A model generated the notes under the pieces. That model searched no databases, had not been told where the DNA came from, and was given only the letters and a program-made list of their open reading frames with translations. 64,000 nt of DNA from Azolla caroliniana (taxonomy: Eukaryota > Plantae > Polypodiophyta). The stretch covers positions 23,064,001-23,128,000 of the forward strand of contig JBHGNT010000002.1 in the NCBI GenBank assembly GCA_043228905.1. Direction: 5' to 3'. Each line of letters starts with the position of its first letter. The first letter of the stretch is position 1. The position numbers and the translations under genes are program-made. Positions 40,212 to 53,942 of this stretch are shown piece by piece.

Positions 40212-40599
40212 TGTGTCTGGGTATCTTCATTAGTGAATGGATAATGTCAGAATCTTGAGAGGTGTGTAGAGGGGAAAAAGAGGTGAGGTTCCTTTGCAAT
40301 CACCGGAGAGATGTCGTACACATTTTGTGGCAAGGTGGATGTGAGGGCATAAAAGCCCAAGAATATGCCCAAAATAACTGTGAAGTTGGACATCAATAGA
40401 ATTTATAGTTCATATCTTGGCAAAGATAGACCATTCACACTTTAAGCATGTTGGATACTAAGGTGAAGGTGGCAGAGGCAACAGGAGCTAGTTTAGTGTA
40501 TTTGCGCCATGCATGATCGGTCATAGGTCAAGAGTTTAATATTTGTTATCTTGCCCTTGGTTGCCATAACTGGTAATTTGATCCTCTATATATAGTGGG

Positions 40600-41130
40600 T
40601 TGTTTTGTCCTTATTGTTGTGGATTTTCTGCAGGTCCGAGCATCAGTTCAGGATGTGCCCCTATATTTGGCAGTTGTAACAGATGAATGTTCTTTGTTGA
40701 GTACCTCTGTTAAAGTGGAAAACCTGTCCAGGGCCGCTCCTCGGAAACGGTTTTCATTCGATTTACCTGAGCTTGCTGTTTGTTCAGCATGTTGCTACCA
40801 CAAGTCTGTCCTGTGGTTCTGCATCGGGCAGATATAGAACATTTGCTTCTTAAATTCGCAATTGGTTCCAGATGTGCCCTCCTTTTGGCAGTCGGAACAG
40901 ATGAATGGTCTTTGTTGAATACCTCTGGTAAAGTGTACCATTGCCACCCTGGTAACCCCTTCAGGGGCCTCTTACACCAGAAACAGTTCTCATCTGATTT
41001 AACTGAGTTTGTTGCTTGTTCACTATGTTGCAATCACAATTCTCTGTGATGTGGTACTGTATCTGGCAGCTAATTTGCACATTTGCTTATTGATTGTGCA
41101 ATTTGTTGATAAATGTCTGATGTTCAGGTA
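40600..41130 (-). mobile_element. Decayed gag-like remnant with duplicated CCHC zinc knuckles
   Basis: The minus strand gives RGIQQRPFICSDCQKEG and RGTQQRTFICYNCQI*GHILN*C (Cx2Cx4Hx4C) in a ~220-bp duplicated unit, with stops and frameshifts. Confidence 0.55.
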
Positions 41131-43186
41131 TGCTATTCATTGAATGTGATGTCAGAATCCTACCTCTTAGTCTACTTTTGTTGGCTATGCAGCTATGGAT
41201 GTGCTTGGTTGACCAGCCTGGATAGTGAATACCTTTTTGTTTCTCAGACTCCCCTTTATCTTGTCATCAAACATGACTACTGAGGAATCTATAGTGCACA
41301 GGATCGTCGAAGCCTATGCCTATAGCAATGGGTTAAAAAAATGCATTGTCAATGTTGGCATTTGTTTATGCTAATATTGTGTAAGGAAGGCAGTTTTTAT
41401 TTTTGGTTATAAAAAGTGAGTCATATTTTCCGGAGAAATTATTACTTTCCGTGCGCTTGGAGAAGAGAAAACCATGGATTGACATGAATGTATGTGAAAT
41501 ATCCCAACTAGTATTAGGTTTGAAATCATGATCTTGATTTCATGAGTTACTGCTATACATCATAAGACCATTATTGGTCTTCACACGAACATGCTTATGG
41601 TATGTAAATGTATTAGCTCAATGTGTAGTTATTAAAGGGTTCAGAACCACTACAAATGGATCAATGTAAATGTTTCTTCTTCCCTCATCGTAGGAGAAGA
41701 ACATGGGGATCAATTGGTGGAATATGCATAGATCAAATGCTTGGTGGAGGATGGTTTTAGAAATGTTCAGGGCAACACCTCAATTTCATTAGGTTGGAAT
41801 GTGGTTTCACAACTTAACCATTGGGCCACATGAAGCTGGGTAATGCAAAACAGTTAGCAAGGGGAATGTACTTTTGGGCGATGTTTCATGCAATGATTTA
41901 GGATGGATTCACAATCACCCTCGTGGCAGAAATGAATTATTGGCTTAGTAGTGTGCATAATGACACTTTTACCTCATTGAAACAAGTTTTGTATTGAGAC
42001 ATATCCAGTACTAAACCCATGCTATTAATAGACAAACCAACCAAGCTAGTCATTCCACTTTTATTACTATTAGGGAAAATTCATGTTGCCAATGTAACCA
42101 AACTTACAATGATGGTGAAGAACAAACTGCACTAGCGAAATGACCAATAATGGATTAGTTAGGGTGAATTTAAAATGTCACCCATTTTCATATATAAAAC
42201 TATTTCTAATTCATGTACAATTGGTTAAAACGTATATATAAATAAAGCATACAATTGTTGCTCGTTTTTCACATCATAGGTGTCACTATTACAAGATGTT
42301 GACATGTAAACAAATATTCTAGCTTGATTAATTATATAGTGTACGATGAAAACATCCTCACAAACCAATAAATATCTGAACCACATGTTTGGGAAGACCT
42401 CCTACAACCACTTAATCTAAACCAAAATTATGTGGAGAACAACTTGCAATTGGATTATCATCCCATATTCCCATGACCAACCAATATGTGGCATGTATGC
42501 TTTTGAAGACCTTCCTTCACAAAACAATCTTAATTAGGTCTTCAAATCGCATTTGCTTATGTATCTTGACATGAAAATTGACTGAGGCCACTTAGGTACA
42601 TACTACATATGTTCATCCATATGCATAAACACACACACACACACATGAAAGTTACTAAGGTCTAAGACCACTCAAGTATGGATTTGGCCATAGTGTAAAT
42701 CAAATTATGCTAGTTTAGTGTGTATTCCATTGACCAATCCATACGTGCCACTCATGTTCCTGAAGATGTCTCTTACATACATACATACATGTCGATGTGC
42801 CGACATTACCAATGTGGAAAGGCATTCGTGGATTAAGAATAGATAGATAGATATGTTTTTAATGTCCATGGGAGATTAATTGAGCTCCATGAGATGTGGC
42901 CTATGTGGTGGCATGGATCGAACTTGGGTTTTCACAATTTTATGTCTTTTGAGTGTGAATGGGAGGCTTCCCTCCTTAGAATAGGCTAGGTTTTCAACTC
43001 ATGTGGAGGATTCCAATTAGTGAGCATACAAACAAACATACATACATACAATCAATCAATCTCCATACATAGAGACACACAGACACATGCATTCATACAT
43101 ACAGTCATTATCCATGCATCCATGCATCCATTCATCCATTTATCCATTTATCCATCCATCCATCCATACATACATACATACATACA

Positions 43187-43217
<31 letters not shown>

Positions 43218-43334
43218 TTCTAATTAAGAGAAAGGTATCATTGTGTAGTACAATGGAAAGTTATGCAATGGTATCAGTGTACTTATGTTAAGCCTATGTA
43301 GCTGCAAGTTATTGTCTCACACAGGATGACACAT

Positions 43335-44010
43335 AGAAACCCTAATCCTTGTTCCTACAGAAACAGAAGGATATTGCACTCTTATTCATCTTTTTTGCCC
43401 TGAAGCTCTGTATGAGAAACCCTAAATACAAAATATTGTCTCAATAGCTTCAGAGAAAACCCTAAAACTGTTTCACAGGGATTAAGGAAACCCGTATTCT
43501 GGTTAGAGCAGCAGAGGAATCCCTAATATTGTTTTCAGACTACACAAGAAATCCTAATACTGTTTTCAGAGAAGCAGCTTGAATCCTGATACTGTTTCAC
43601 ACCCCACTATTGTTTTTCCTCGTACATCCGAAACCCTAAGTTGCCTAAGAGAGATGGGCCCTGATTTAGTTGGAGAGGAACAATGGGAAAACCTAATTTT
43701 GTTTGAGGGAAATAGAAGAGACCTAATATGCTTTGAATAATATTGATCGAGAGGAACAAGGGAAACCCCAATATTGTTACTCTATGCAAATCAGAACCTC
43801 AAGATATTATTCGAATGAAACAAAGGAAACATTGACATCGTTTCAGAGAAACAGAGAAAACCACGCAGCAGTGTTTCGAGTTAACGTTTTTAGAGGAACA
43901 CAGAAAACTACACAGCAGTGTTTCGAGTTATTTTATTCAGAGGAACAGATTAATCCATATTATTGTTTCTCTCCTGTAAGGGGCCATAACTTAAATCAGA
44001 ACCCTAAGAT
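43335..44010 (+). repeat. Degenerate repeat array rich in GAAACCCTAA / TGTTTCA upstream of the XBAT33-like gene
   Basis: AAACCCTAA or close variants at about 43337, 43417, 43457, 43631 and 44000, usually followed by (A/T)TGTTT(T)CA. Confidence 0.6.
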
Positions 44011-44187
44011 TTGTATATCAGAATCCCCAGTATATATGTATGCATTTGAAAACCCTTTTTCGATTACAAAACCTGTTATTATTCAGGAAACTAATAGTCA
44101 AATAAGAAACTCTATTATATAAGCAATCACAAACAAGAAAATCATAAAAAATTTAAATGTTCGCTACTGAATTGGCTCCAAATAGCG

Positions 44188-47100
44188 ATGGGGAATTCAT
44201 TTGGATGTTCAGCATCAGGTGAACGGTTGGTGTCTGCTGCCCGTGACGGTGATCTTGTAGAAGCACGCGCCCTTTTGGAGCTCAACCCTCTGCTGGCAAA
44301 ATACTCAACCTTTGGGGCTCTTAATTCCCCGCTTCACTTTGCATCAGCTAAGGGCCATAATGAGGTATTTACTTGCAGATTTCTAATTGATTGATTGGGC
44401 TATGTTCTCATTTAACATCATTATCTTTATTTGTTTTTGTTATTTGGTTATGTTTCTTAATTATAATCATTATCTTTTATTTGTCACATAGATCATGCTA
44501 GTTTTTATTTTAATTTTATGGTCTTGTTCTATTGTAATTATTATTATTTTGTCTCTCTAAATACCCCTGAGTTTGTTATGCCCTCAAAGGTACTTGATGT
44601 ACCCCCAAAAATGATGCAAGGGATCGGTTCCCGTTGATTCATTCATTTAGCTGTGTTCTCAATTGTAATTGATTGCCTAGTCAGTGAAGCGAAGTATAAT
44701 CTCTGAAAATTTTGAGAGAAAAAAGGCGGACGAAGAATATTGCATCCTTTGGCTATTTTCTACAGTAATGTTTGCCTTATCATGAAAATGAAATGTAAAC
44801 TTTTTCTTTCTGCAAGTGCCTTGGATATTTTCGCTATTTCCACAATGCTGTTTGCGAACTTGTGAATGAGGGAGAAAAGGAATGAATTTGCATTGATACA
44901 TTTGGCTGGATTCTAGAGTAATCCTTGCCTAATCATAAACACGGAACAGGCACTGATAGCCCTCGTATACTGATCAAACCTGTACTGATTTTTCTTAACA
45001 GTTTAACTGGAAGTAGATAAATAAAAACTAATTAATTCTTTTGTTATAAGAGCACTTGTTTTAGAAGTTTTTCTGAAAACATTTCTGTGTAAAAATCATT
45101 AGATATTCCATTATAGTCCACTGATTCTATGTTTTTTTGTGCAGATCGTGAACCTACTTCTAGAGAATGGGGCTGATGTTAATGTTAGAAATTATTGTGG
45201 GCAAGTACGTATGGCCTAATCCATACTCTAATTTGTGATCTCGGATCTACTTATGAACTTTCTTTAGAGCTACTTCGTTGATTATTATATTGTTACTTAA
45301 TTTCTCAATTTCATGCAGACTGCATTGATGCAAGCCTCGCGATTTGGGCATTGGGAAGTCGTGCAAACGTTAATCCTGTATAAAGCAAATGTATGTTCTA
45401 TACTGCTTTGTTTATATGTGACTCATTTGGAGAGAGAGAGGAGAGAGAACGAATGGCGTACAAACATTTGCAAAAAGGTTGAAATGGCAGAAGTTGAGTA
45501 ACATTGAAAGAATACTCTGGGAATTTGAATGAGGTTTCTTAGTATCTAAGTATCTCGATGTTCTTGGGCAAAATAGAGACAAATTGGAGCTGTTCCCAAG
45601 CCTATTGAAGGTTCCGTATGTGTGGAGGCTTCTGTGGGGCAGCACAAGTTTTATTTTTATGGCTTGAAGAATGTAATAAGACATGAGACCTTGCAAATGA
45701 GGGATTTTTTCTGTCAAAACTCAGTGGCGATAGACAATGTTTATTTGAGAGAAGAGGAGACATGTGAACAGGGAATAAATATTGTGAATGTATCTTCATC
45801 AAGTTCAAATGTCCTTCCTTTGATTTCTGCTGTAGGAATGATAGGCTGTGGTGGAGTTCTGTTTTCTGTAGCTTCTGGATTCCAGTGTGCACCAAATGAT
45901 ATAGTAACTGGCAAAGTTTGGCGAAAAAAGATTGTGCAGCCAATGAAGCCATAATTTAAGATGGCTGTGTCAACTGTGCTTCGATCATAAGGTCATTGGT
46001 TCAAAATACATTGATGTGACATGTAGTTTAGGAGAAACCTCGGATGGTGTAACAAATATGTATGAAAGAAGGCTAAATAGCTTACTACTAGGATATGATT
46101 ATTATGAAAAACGAAATATGACCTTAGTGGATCATTATCGACCTTGAGAAGATTCTTGATCTGGCAAGTTAGCCTAGTAAACGTGAGTGGATGATCCGTT
46201 TGATCTTTGCTTTTGATGGAAATATCACCTTAGGGTGCTTGCTCACCTCTCATATCTGATTGATGCTTGAGGAACTTAGGTGGCTCGAACATCGGTGCTA
46301 TTTCTAATGAACTACACTTGCTGATTCTATGGTGTTTATAAAAAGGCAAGAAAAGTATAATATTCCCATTTGCAATGACTGGATGATAATGCCCAGACGT
46401 AGATGGTTAGAAAGAGGTCAGGTCGATGCTGTAGGATTTTCAAACGTGGGATGTGGCTCCATGTGAAATTTAGATGAATGATTAATGTACAAGCTTAAGA
46501 CTTAAAAGATTTTGTAGAGATAGAGTTGAAATAGGGTAACACATTGGTGGGCACAATATTGTGACCTTGATCTTGTAAATACCTCTGTAGTAGCCACACT
46601 CCTCTATATTATCTGTTTGTACCCTGCTTGATCAAGACCAATGTTGACATTTTCTATAAAAATATATTATCTGTTTGTACCCTGCTTGATCAAGACCAAT
46701 GTTCACATTTTCTATAAAAATATATGGTGGAAACTCTTGTATAATGCTCAATGGAAAAAGGCTGTTTTATTTTTCAGAATCAACATTGTCTCATTCATAT
46801 ACACATTCTGTTCCGTTCTGTACTGCAATGATAATGTCCTGGTGATTCCCCAAACATAGAATTCCTTTTTATATATGATTGTTTGAGTTATGTATGAATG
46901 ATTTTATAAGGGGAGAGCTCTCAAGAGTACTTAAATCCTCTGTTGCAGGTGAGTAGAGCAGATTACTTAAATAGACGTACAGCTTTTCATTTTGCTGCTG
47001 TGAATGGTCATGCTCGTTGCATAGGGCTTCTGGTTTCTGACCATATACCGAGTGTGTCATACATATGGGGAAGCGTTGGAGCCATTGCGAAGGGTGGAGA

Positions 47101-49602
47101 AAAATCATCATCCAGGAATTCTCAAATAGATCATATGTAACTTATATATTTTTCTTGGAAGTATCTTGGGCAAAACACGGACATACCCCTAACTTGATGC
47201 AGCAGCTGTTTATCAAAATACACCTAAGTTTTCAAAAGTTGCCGGAGTACCCCATGTGTAGTAGTAAATTTCTGTACAATAATCGGGTATTTGGGTAGTT
47301 TTTGAAGCCTTAAGGTTATCTGTGTTAAACACTCTGCAAATTATGTGCATTTTGAACTCCTTCTGTATGGATAATATAAGCCCTTTATTTTGTTTTATTG
47401 AGTAATATATCTGAATTCTTGGCAGCCATTATTCATTTTATCCTTTTTTTTTGTGTTGGTGGATGTATATACAGTGCTTTGTCCAAGCTTGTGAGTAAAG
47501 CAGCTGATGGTGGTATCACTGCCCTTCATTTGGCTTCTCTCTATGGATACCTGGATTGTGTGCAACTATTGCTTGATTTGCTGGCAAATGTGTCAGCAAC
47601 TACCTTTCATTATGGGTCTGCTATTGACTTAATAGGTAGATATCTTCCATTAAGATAAAAACTTTGCCACATTTTTGAGTTTCTCATGAAAATCACCAAC
47701 CACGTCGATAACTTTTTGTTCTTTCTAATTTATTGCTATCTAAATAGGTGCAGGTAGCACTCCTTTACACTATGCCGCATGTGGTGGTAGCTTACATTGC
47801 TGTCAGGTATGTAATAGAACATAATTTGGATGGATTTGACATTGTCGCTTTCAAACATCAGAATTTTTTCTAGAATGAATTACACTTCTTTCCAGGTTCT
47901 CATTTCAAGGGGCGCTAGTCGAACTGCTTTGAATTGCAATGGGTATGAAAATTCAATTTCATGTCCCCATCAATTCTTCATGTGTTTCCACAATTTGGGT
48001 TTTTAATGTTTACATGTATGTGGAAAGGCTTTTACCAAGTCTTTTGTAAGAATTTCTGTAATTATCACTCTTATTGATGTAGTGTCCTTATTTTGTAACT
48101 GCAGTTGGATACCTTGGGATGTTGCTCGAGTCTGGGGAAGGCATTGGTTGGAAAATGTGTTAGCTCCTAACTCTCAAGCGCCTTTGCAATCATTTCCAAT
48201 ATCACGATTCTTGTCACTTCCTTTGATGAGCATCTTGAAAATTGCAAGGTAAGAAAGAATCTTTCAGTAAATATGTTAGTATAGGCCTTTTCCTTTTTCA
48301 ATAGATACTTAACAGTCTTCACCTTAAACTAGTTTAGGTTTAAGGCCTAAAATAGTTAACACAAGAAACAAGACATCAATTCTTTGTTGAATTTTTTGTT
48401 TGGCTCAATGGTATCAATGCTTTAAAGATTGGGAACACATTTGGCATTAAGACCTCTTAAAAGTTTAAAAATATATATAATCACATTATCTCTTTTACAT
48501 TGCAGACGCATAGACACTGATCTATAACTGTCGTTTATCTTTTGCTTTTTGAAATTTAATGCAGGGAGGATGGTCTACACAATGGAAGACCCCTTCCAGA
48601 AGGGAACAGTGAGCATTGTGCAGTTTGTCTAGAATCCACGTGTACAGTTGCTGCTGATGGTGAGTTTAGCCGCAAATCCTTCCATTCAGTTATCACTTCT
48701 TTTTAATAGTTACCGCTATACCACTATAATTATCAGCATTTACCGAACATCCATTGAAACTCTGATTTTTCTACCAAATCACCTTTCCTTTTTTTGGCAA
48801 AACTAAGTTATATAGCTTTTTTATTAAATCCCATCTCTAATATTGTTTTTGTTCAAGCCTCAGAATATAACATAGTTTATCTAATGTTTTGGAACTATTT
48901 TTTGCAGGTTGTGGTCATGAATTGTGCACGAAATGTGCATTATATTTATGCTCCACAAGTAGTTCTTATACCGAAGCTTCTGGTCCACCTGGCTCAGTAC
49001 CATGTCCTCTATGTCGCAACGGCATTGTCTCTTTTATGAGGTTAGAAAAGGCTGCCCGTTCAAAAGAAGGTTCAACATGCTCCTCATTAGGTCTTTGCTC
49101 TCGCTATCCACAAAGTGACCCTACCTCATCCAAAGAAGACAGTCCCACGTCATCAAGAGCCAATGAAAACCGGAATTCTCTGGTGCTGACGGATACCTTC
49201 CGAGCTGTGACTTGCACTGGATTCTCAAACTTGAAAAACTTTCCCTCTTGCATATGCACTGAAGGGCCTGGTGGCAAACATTTAGACCAATGTAGTAATA
49301 TCGATAATAACAGCAATACAGCTGAGGTTGTCAATAATACTACTGCAATCATTGATCTTAATGATAATATCATTGATCTTAATGATAATATCATTGATCT
49401 TAATGATAATATCATTGATCTTAATGATAATATCATTGATGTCGATGAGCCCATTTCAGTTGATAACATTTTAGGTGGTGATGAGATATTGAGTGGCATT
49501 ATGACTCCGGACATAGTGGAGGGAAGAAACATGGAGGTGATTGGGTCCCGTGGATGTCTGTTTTCAGTGACACCTTGGCGATGTAAGTTGATGATGCAAT
49601 AA
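44188..49602 (+). CDS. XBAT33: Ankyrin-repeat RING-HC E3 ubiquitin ligase, XBAT33/XBAT32 type
   Basis: Exons 44188-44364, 45145-45204, 45319-45390, 46949-47136, 47475-47635, 47748-47806, 47896-47942, 48105-48248, 48565-48659 and 48908-49602. The N-terminus [22 protein letters not shown] is XBAT33-like and myristoylation-type. Ankyrin motifs [39 protein letters not shown]...[10 protein letters not shown]...CPLCR. Confidence 0.95.
49348..49440 (+). repeat. In-frame 21-bp tandem repeat (IIDLNDN x4 + IID) in the last exon of the XBAT33-like gene
   Basis: ATCATTGATCTTAATGATAAT occurs four times exactly, then ATCATTGAT. Confidence 0.97.
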
Positions 49603-50530
49603 AGAATTCATTAAGAATTGAAAACACGAGGTGCTTAGAATCAAGTTTTTGTGGAATTTTTCTTATTATTGTTTCTGATCCTTCTCAATCATGAAATCAT
49701 TAGAATCATATTACATATATTGTATACTTGTGATGTATTAAATGATAGGAAATAATACTAAATGTATCTGAGAAAACGTATGACAAATTTGATGGAAAGT
49801 CATAGAAGTTCTTATCCTTATTTTTTGTTAGACACCTTTTTCCAAGTGAATAACTATTTCTCTAGAACATTTAGAGTTTGTAATCCTATTCTAAGTTATG
49901 AAATATGAAGGAGCTTGAAATGTTAAATTCGTATTTCATCTGCATGAATTGATCTGATTGATTTATTCTATGTTTAAAAACTAGAGAAAATCAGCTGTGT
50001 TGGAATCTGCGGTGCAGAGTGCTGGGAAGCTGACAATGATAGAATATGATTTGAATGCACTAGAATTGTACAAAACATGTAGTGTAAACTGATGAGTCAT
50101 ATATATCTTTTGGCACTCCAAAATACATCATTTTGGAGTTTGTAATCGATCAGAGATTATATTGTAGTCAGGTTCATAAATGTAAACATGATGATCCTGA
50201 TTAGCCATTTATCAGTTCGGTTACATTGTTGATCATTAGTAATATTGAAAGGAATCACAGAGGATTTCAATGATCAGCTCAAGTGTTGATGCTTTATTTT
50301 GAATAATTTCTTATCCTCTGATTTTCATCTCAGAACTTCACAGAATGGATTAATAATGCCAAGGCACAAATGCCCTTAAATGATTAATCAATATGACAGT
50401 GGCCGAATGAAAATCTAAGATCTGAGGGGTTTTATTATCTGATAAGCTTTGATTACCCAAGATGGATGCTTTTCTTGGCAAATATCATACCGCCTCTCGT
50501 GGCAAGTACACAGATGTTAGCTCTTTGTCT

Positions 50531-53500
50531 TCAACACTTGTGTTTTACACTGACAACAACAAAACCTCCTTCATAATGGTCTACACCATGAAGTGTTGCT
50601 CCTCCCTTTTCTGGTCCCAATGCAGTGATACAAGCTTCCCATTCTTCCTCTGTGCAATGTTCCACATTAGCTTCCATCCCCAAAATATCCAATTCTTTGA
50701 GGAAAATATCAAGTTCCTTAGTTTCTCGCACAGGGTTGGCAAAAAATCCTACTCCATATGGCTTTTGTACCCTTCGCTCTATCACTTCCTACATTGAAAG
50801 GGAGAATTCGTTGAACTCATTTGGTGTTCCTAGTAAGAAAAATAAATCTCTCTCCACAAAAGTAACAACATATAAAAGTTTATTTGAAAACATATACAAA
50901 AGAATGAACATCTTTATTGATGCTTAGGATGTTGCAATTGAAAAAAACCACTCAAAACAACTTATCTGAATCACATAAATAAACCATACTCAAGTGCATC
51001 GAAAGAGGTTTATGAGAATTTTAGCTTCTGCTGCTCTGAGCACATTGCCTCCTATCACAAAGTATGACCAATCTGATGACTATAGTTTTACTTTCAAAGT
51101 AAACAAGTATGGTTCAAATAGTCCATCGAAAGAGGTTTATGAGAATTTTAGCTTCTGCTGCTCTGAGCACATTGCCTCCTATCACTAAGTATGACCAATC
51201 TGATGACTATAGTTTTACTTTCAAAGTAAACAAGTATGGTTCAAATAGTCCTCGCATCCTCTACATACACATTGTTATTAAATGAACATGGTAGGCACTA
51301 TTTGAAGAAATGTTTTGAAAGTGAACCTTTTCATCACCGGACATGCTTCTGTGAACAAGCATAATCCAAATCTTAAGGAAACAGAATAATACTCACTGCT
51401 AGAGGTCGTATATTGGCTTGATCATAAATGAGGTCGCTTCCGATGACCCAATCAAACTGACTATCAGAAGTCAATCTCGGAAAGGTTAGATCTTCCTGTC
51501 ATGGTCAAAACGTATGTTTCAATTAGCAAGAATATTAGATCAGTATAATGAATATGCTCATGATTACCTTTGCTACAAAAGCATGCTAACTCTTTATATC
51601 AAGATGCAATATTATACATCGTAGGCATCGATTCATTTTCAAATGTTATGCCATGTATAATGTGAACAAGGCATTATAAGCTAATGCACATTATGGAAGC
51701 ATTCCCTTTATGTGCCCATTGGAATCATAATCACAAATAGGAATGTAGAGGTAAAGCTAATGCTTTATAACCTTAAATTTGTTGGTTCGAGACAAACTTT
51801 TAATGTGATAGGTCTAACTTTACACTCATTGGAAAGCAGTCATATTATAACATTGGCATCACTACAATATGAGATCAACTAAAACTTTTCTCGGGTAAAA
51901 GGCAATGCTAACAATGAGAGAACCAAGCAAATCATACATTCAATCATATAAAACACAAGCATCCTTCAGCATGGAAAAAATGAGGTAAGGGTTCCATGCG
52001 TATATAAAGCCCAAAATTTTAGTGACATGCACCAAGTTTGTAAGTGTATCAATTATATATATATACCTCTTCCATCTCCTTGGATCCATCCTGCGACCAA
52101 TCCAACATCCGCACTCCAACCACACAAGATTGTTCATCAGAATAATGCTCCCTTTCAATTCCTTCATACACGTAATCGAATTCAGTAATTGTATGCTTCA
52201 TAAATGTGTTTGAACACTCACCATCATCATTATCATCACTTGATCGATACAATTTTGCTGGCAAGAGGAGGATATTCTCACATAGGTTTTCAAGTATATC
52301 CGGCACACAATCTGACAAGACAACTTCAGAAGCTCCAAGTTTTGCTACGACCAATCCACAAAGACCACATCCACTACCCAGTTCTAGAACCCGTTTGTTT
52401 AGGAAGCTTTTTTGGATATTGATGAGCCTTGAAGACAAGAGCAAAGCAGCACCCCACACTTTCCAACCAAGTCCTCCTTTGACATAATCCATCTCTTTAA
52501 TCTGTTGGATATTTTTTTTCATTTGAGATGCTAAGAAATGAGAGGAATCGTAGATTTAAACATTTATACAGATGTATATCAATTTTTATCATCTCATTAT
52601 TTGAACAAACCACTTCATTGATCTGTTGGAAACTGTTCTCATTTGAAAACCATAGGTTAAAATTTCACATGGACGGTATCACAATCAAATATTCATTCCC
52701 ATAATTTGAAGCCATGTCTGCAAGTCATACAGGCAGCTTATGTAGGTTCCCTTTGTACCACAGGAAAATCATCTAGAAACTTTCTTCAATCCCGGGCGAA
52801 TTTGAATTGAACAAAGGAAGCGACGGAAGAAATCCCTAAAAGCAGAGCAAAAGCATGGTTCTGAATAGCTTCTATACTAAAACGGGCACTCTGTTCCTTT
52901 AAGCCACAATCTTCTACTTGAATCCAGAGCAAATCCATAAAAAACAAAAACAAAAAGCATACCTTCCAATATACTAAACAAACCTTATTTCTCAAGGAGT
53001 GCATATTTAGTAAAGACATCAACACATCCAAAACCCTGTGAAGTGCACCGAAAAAACATCATTTGGCAATCTATTACAATGGCAGCCTATACCTCTAGCA
53101 AAACATCTTTTTCTTCTAGAATTCAATGAGAGAACCTACAGAGAAAAGCCCTTAAAAATCATAATGTCTTTCACTATTTACGTAGATGAGCACCCTCATC
53201 GATGTAAAGTCACCCATTCCTCGAGGACCCAACTTCTTCTACTTGAACTCAGAAATGTAAGAAAATGAATCAAAGAACTACAAATGAAAAACATGCTTTT
53301 CAATAGAGAGACAATGAGACATGACCCTGTATAAATAAAATGGCACCCCCATCATCCATTCCTCAAGGATAGAAACTTCTACATTAATTCAATAAGTTGA
53401 ATCAATAGAAAAAACACCTAGAACCAGTTAAAAACCCATGCTTCTCAGTAGTGTGATGCAAATACAGACATACACATGCACATACATACAAACATGTATG

Positions 53501-53942
53501 TGTATGTGTATCTATGTACATACAAACATACATGTGTATATGTATCTATGTGCATACATATATGTGTGAATGAATGTACACATACATTTATTCAGATTCA
53601 GTGCGAGAGAGAGAGAGAGAGAGACTGAAGGTTTGCCTTGATGCTGACAGGAAGTGAGATGAAGGTGAAGGAGAGAACAGAAGGAGGAGCGGAGCATGAG
53701 CCACAACAAAGGGCTATGGAGTGAGCTAGAGCATCCATGGCGAAGTCGGAGAGGTCTGGTTGACGAAGGAAAGCCAGAAGAAGTGGGGAAGCTGAAGGTC
53801 CCATGGCCTTGACTGAAGCTCGGAATCGATGAAGGGAGAGAAGCCATGCAGATGATGGGGATAGAGAATGTGGGCAGTGCTTCAAATCTTGCCATGACTT
53901 CACGACGTCTCGCCTTGCAAGCTCCTCCTCCTCCTCCTCCAT
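50531..53942 (-). CDS. SAM-dependent seven-beta-strand methyltransferase, Methyltransf_16 (METTL21/METTL22/EEF2KMT-like) family
   Basis: Exons 53942-~53637 (donor uncertain), 52501-52067, 51495-51397 and 50788-50531. Motifs GLGWKVWGAALLL, VLELGSGCGLCG, VVLSD, LDW, FDWVIGSDLIY (DxxY). Confidence 0.88.
50997..51251. repeat. 127-bp near-perfect tandem duplication in a methyltransferase intron
   Basis: CATCGAAAGAGGTTTATGAG...CAAATAGTC at 50997 and 51124. Confidence 0.93.

Noticed and set aside
42895-42940. B-box-like GTTCGATCC on the - strand (tRNA or SINE?)
   Set aside because: No cloverleaf or A box could be built. At most it is a decayed SINE fragment.
45500-46600. ORFs in XBAT33 intron 3 (45622-45954 and others)
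   Set aside because: Not needed for the XBAT33 frame and without a clear domain; possibly decayed TE sequence.
49990-50430. Several RTGATGA-like/CTGA pairs suggesting a C/D snoRNA cluster (e.g. about 50373-50430)
   Set aside because: The C boxes are imperfect and I could identify at most an 8-nt possible rRNA complement. Such motifs are expected by chance in AT-rich 3' regions. snoscan/Infernal would settle it.
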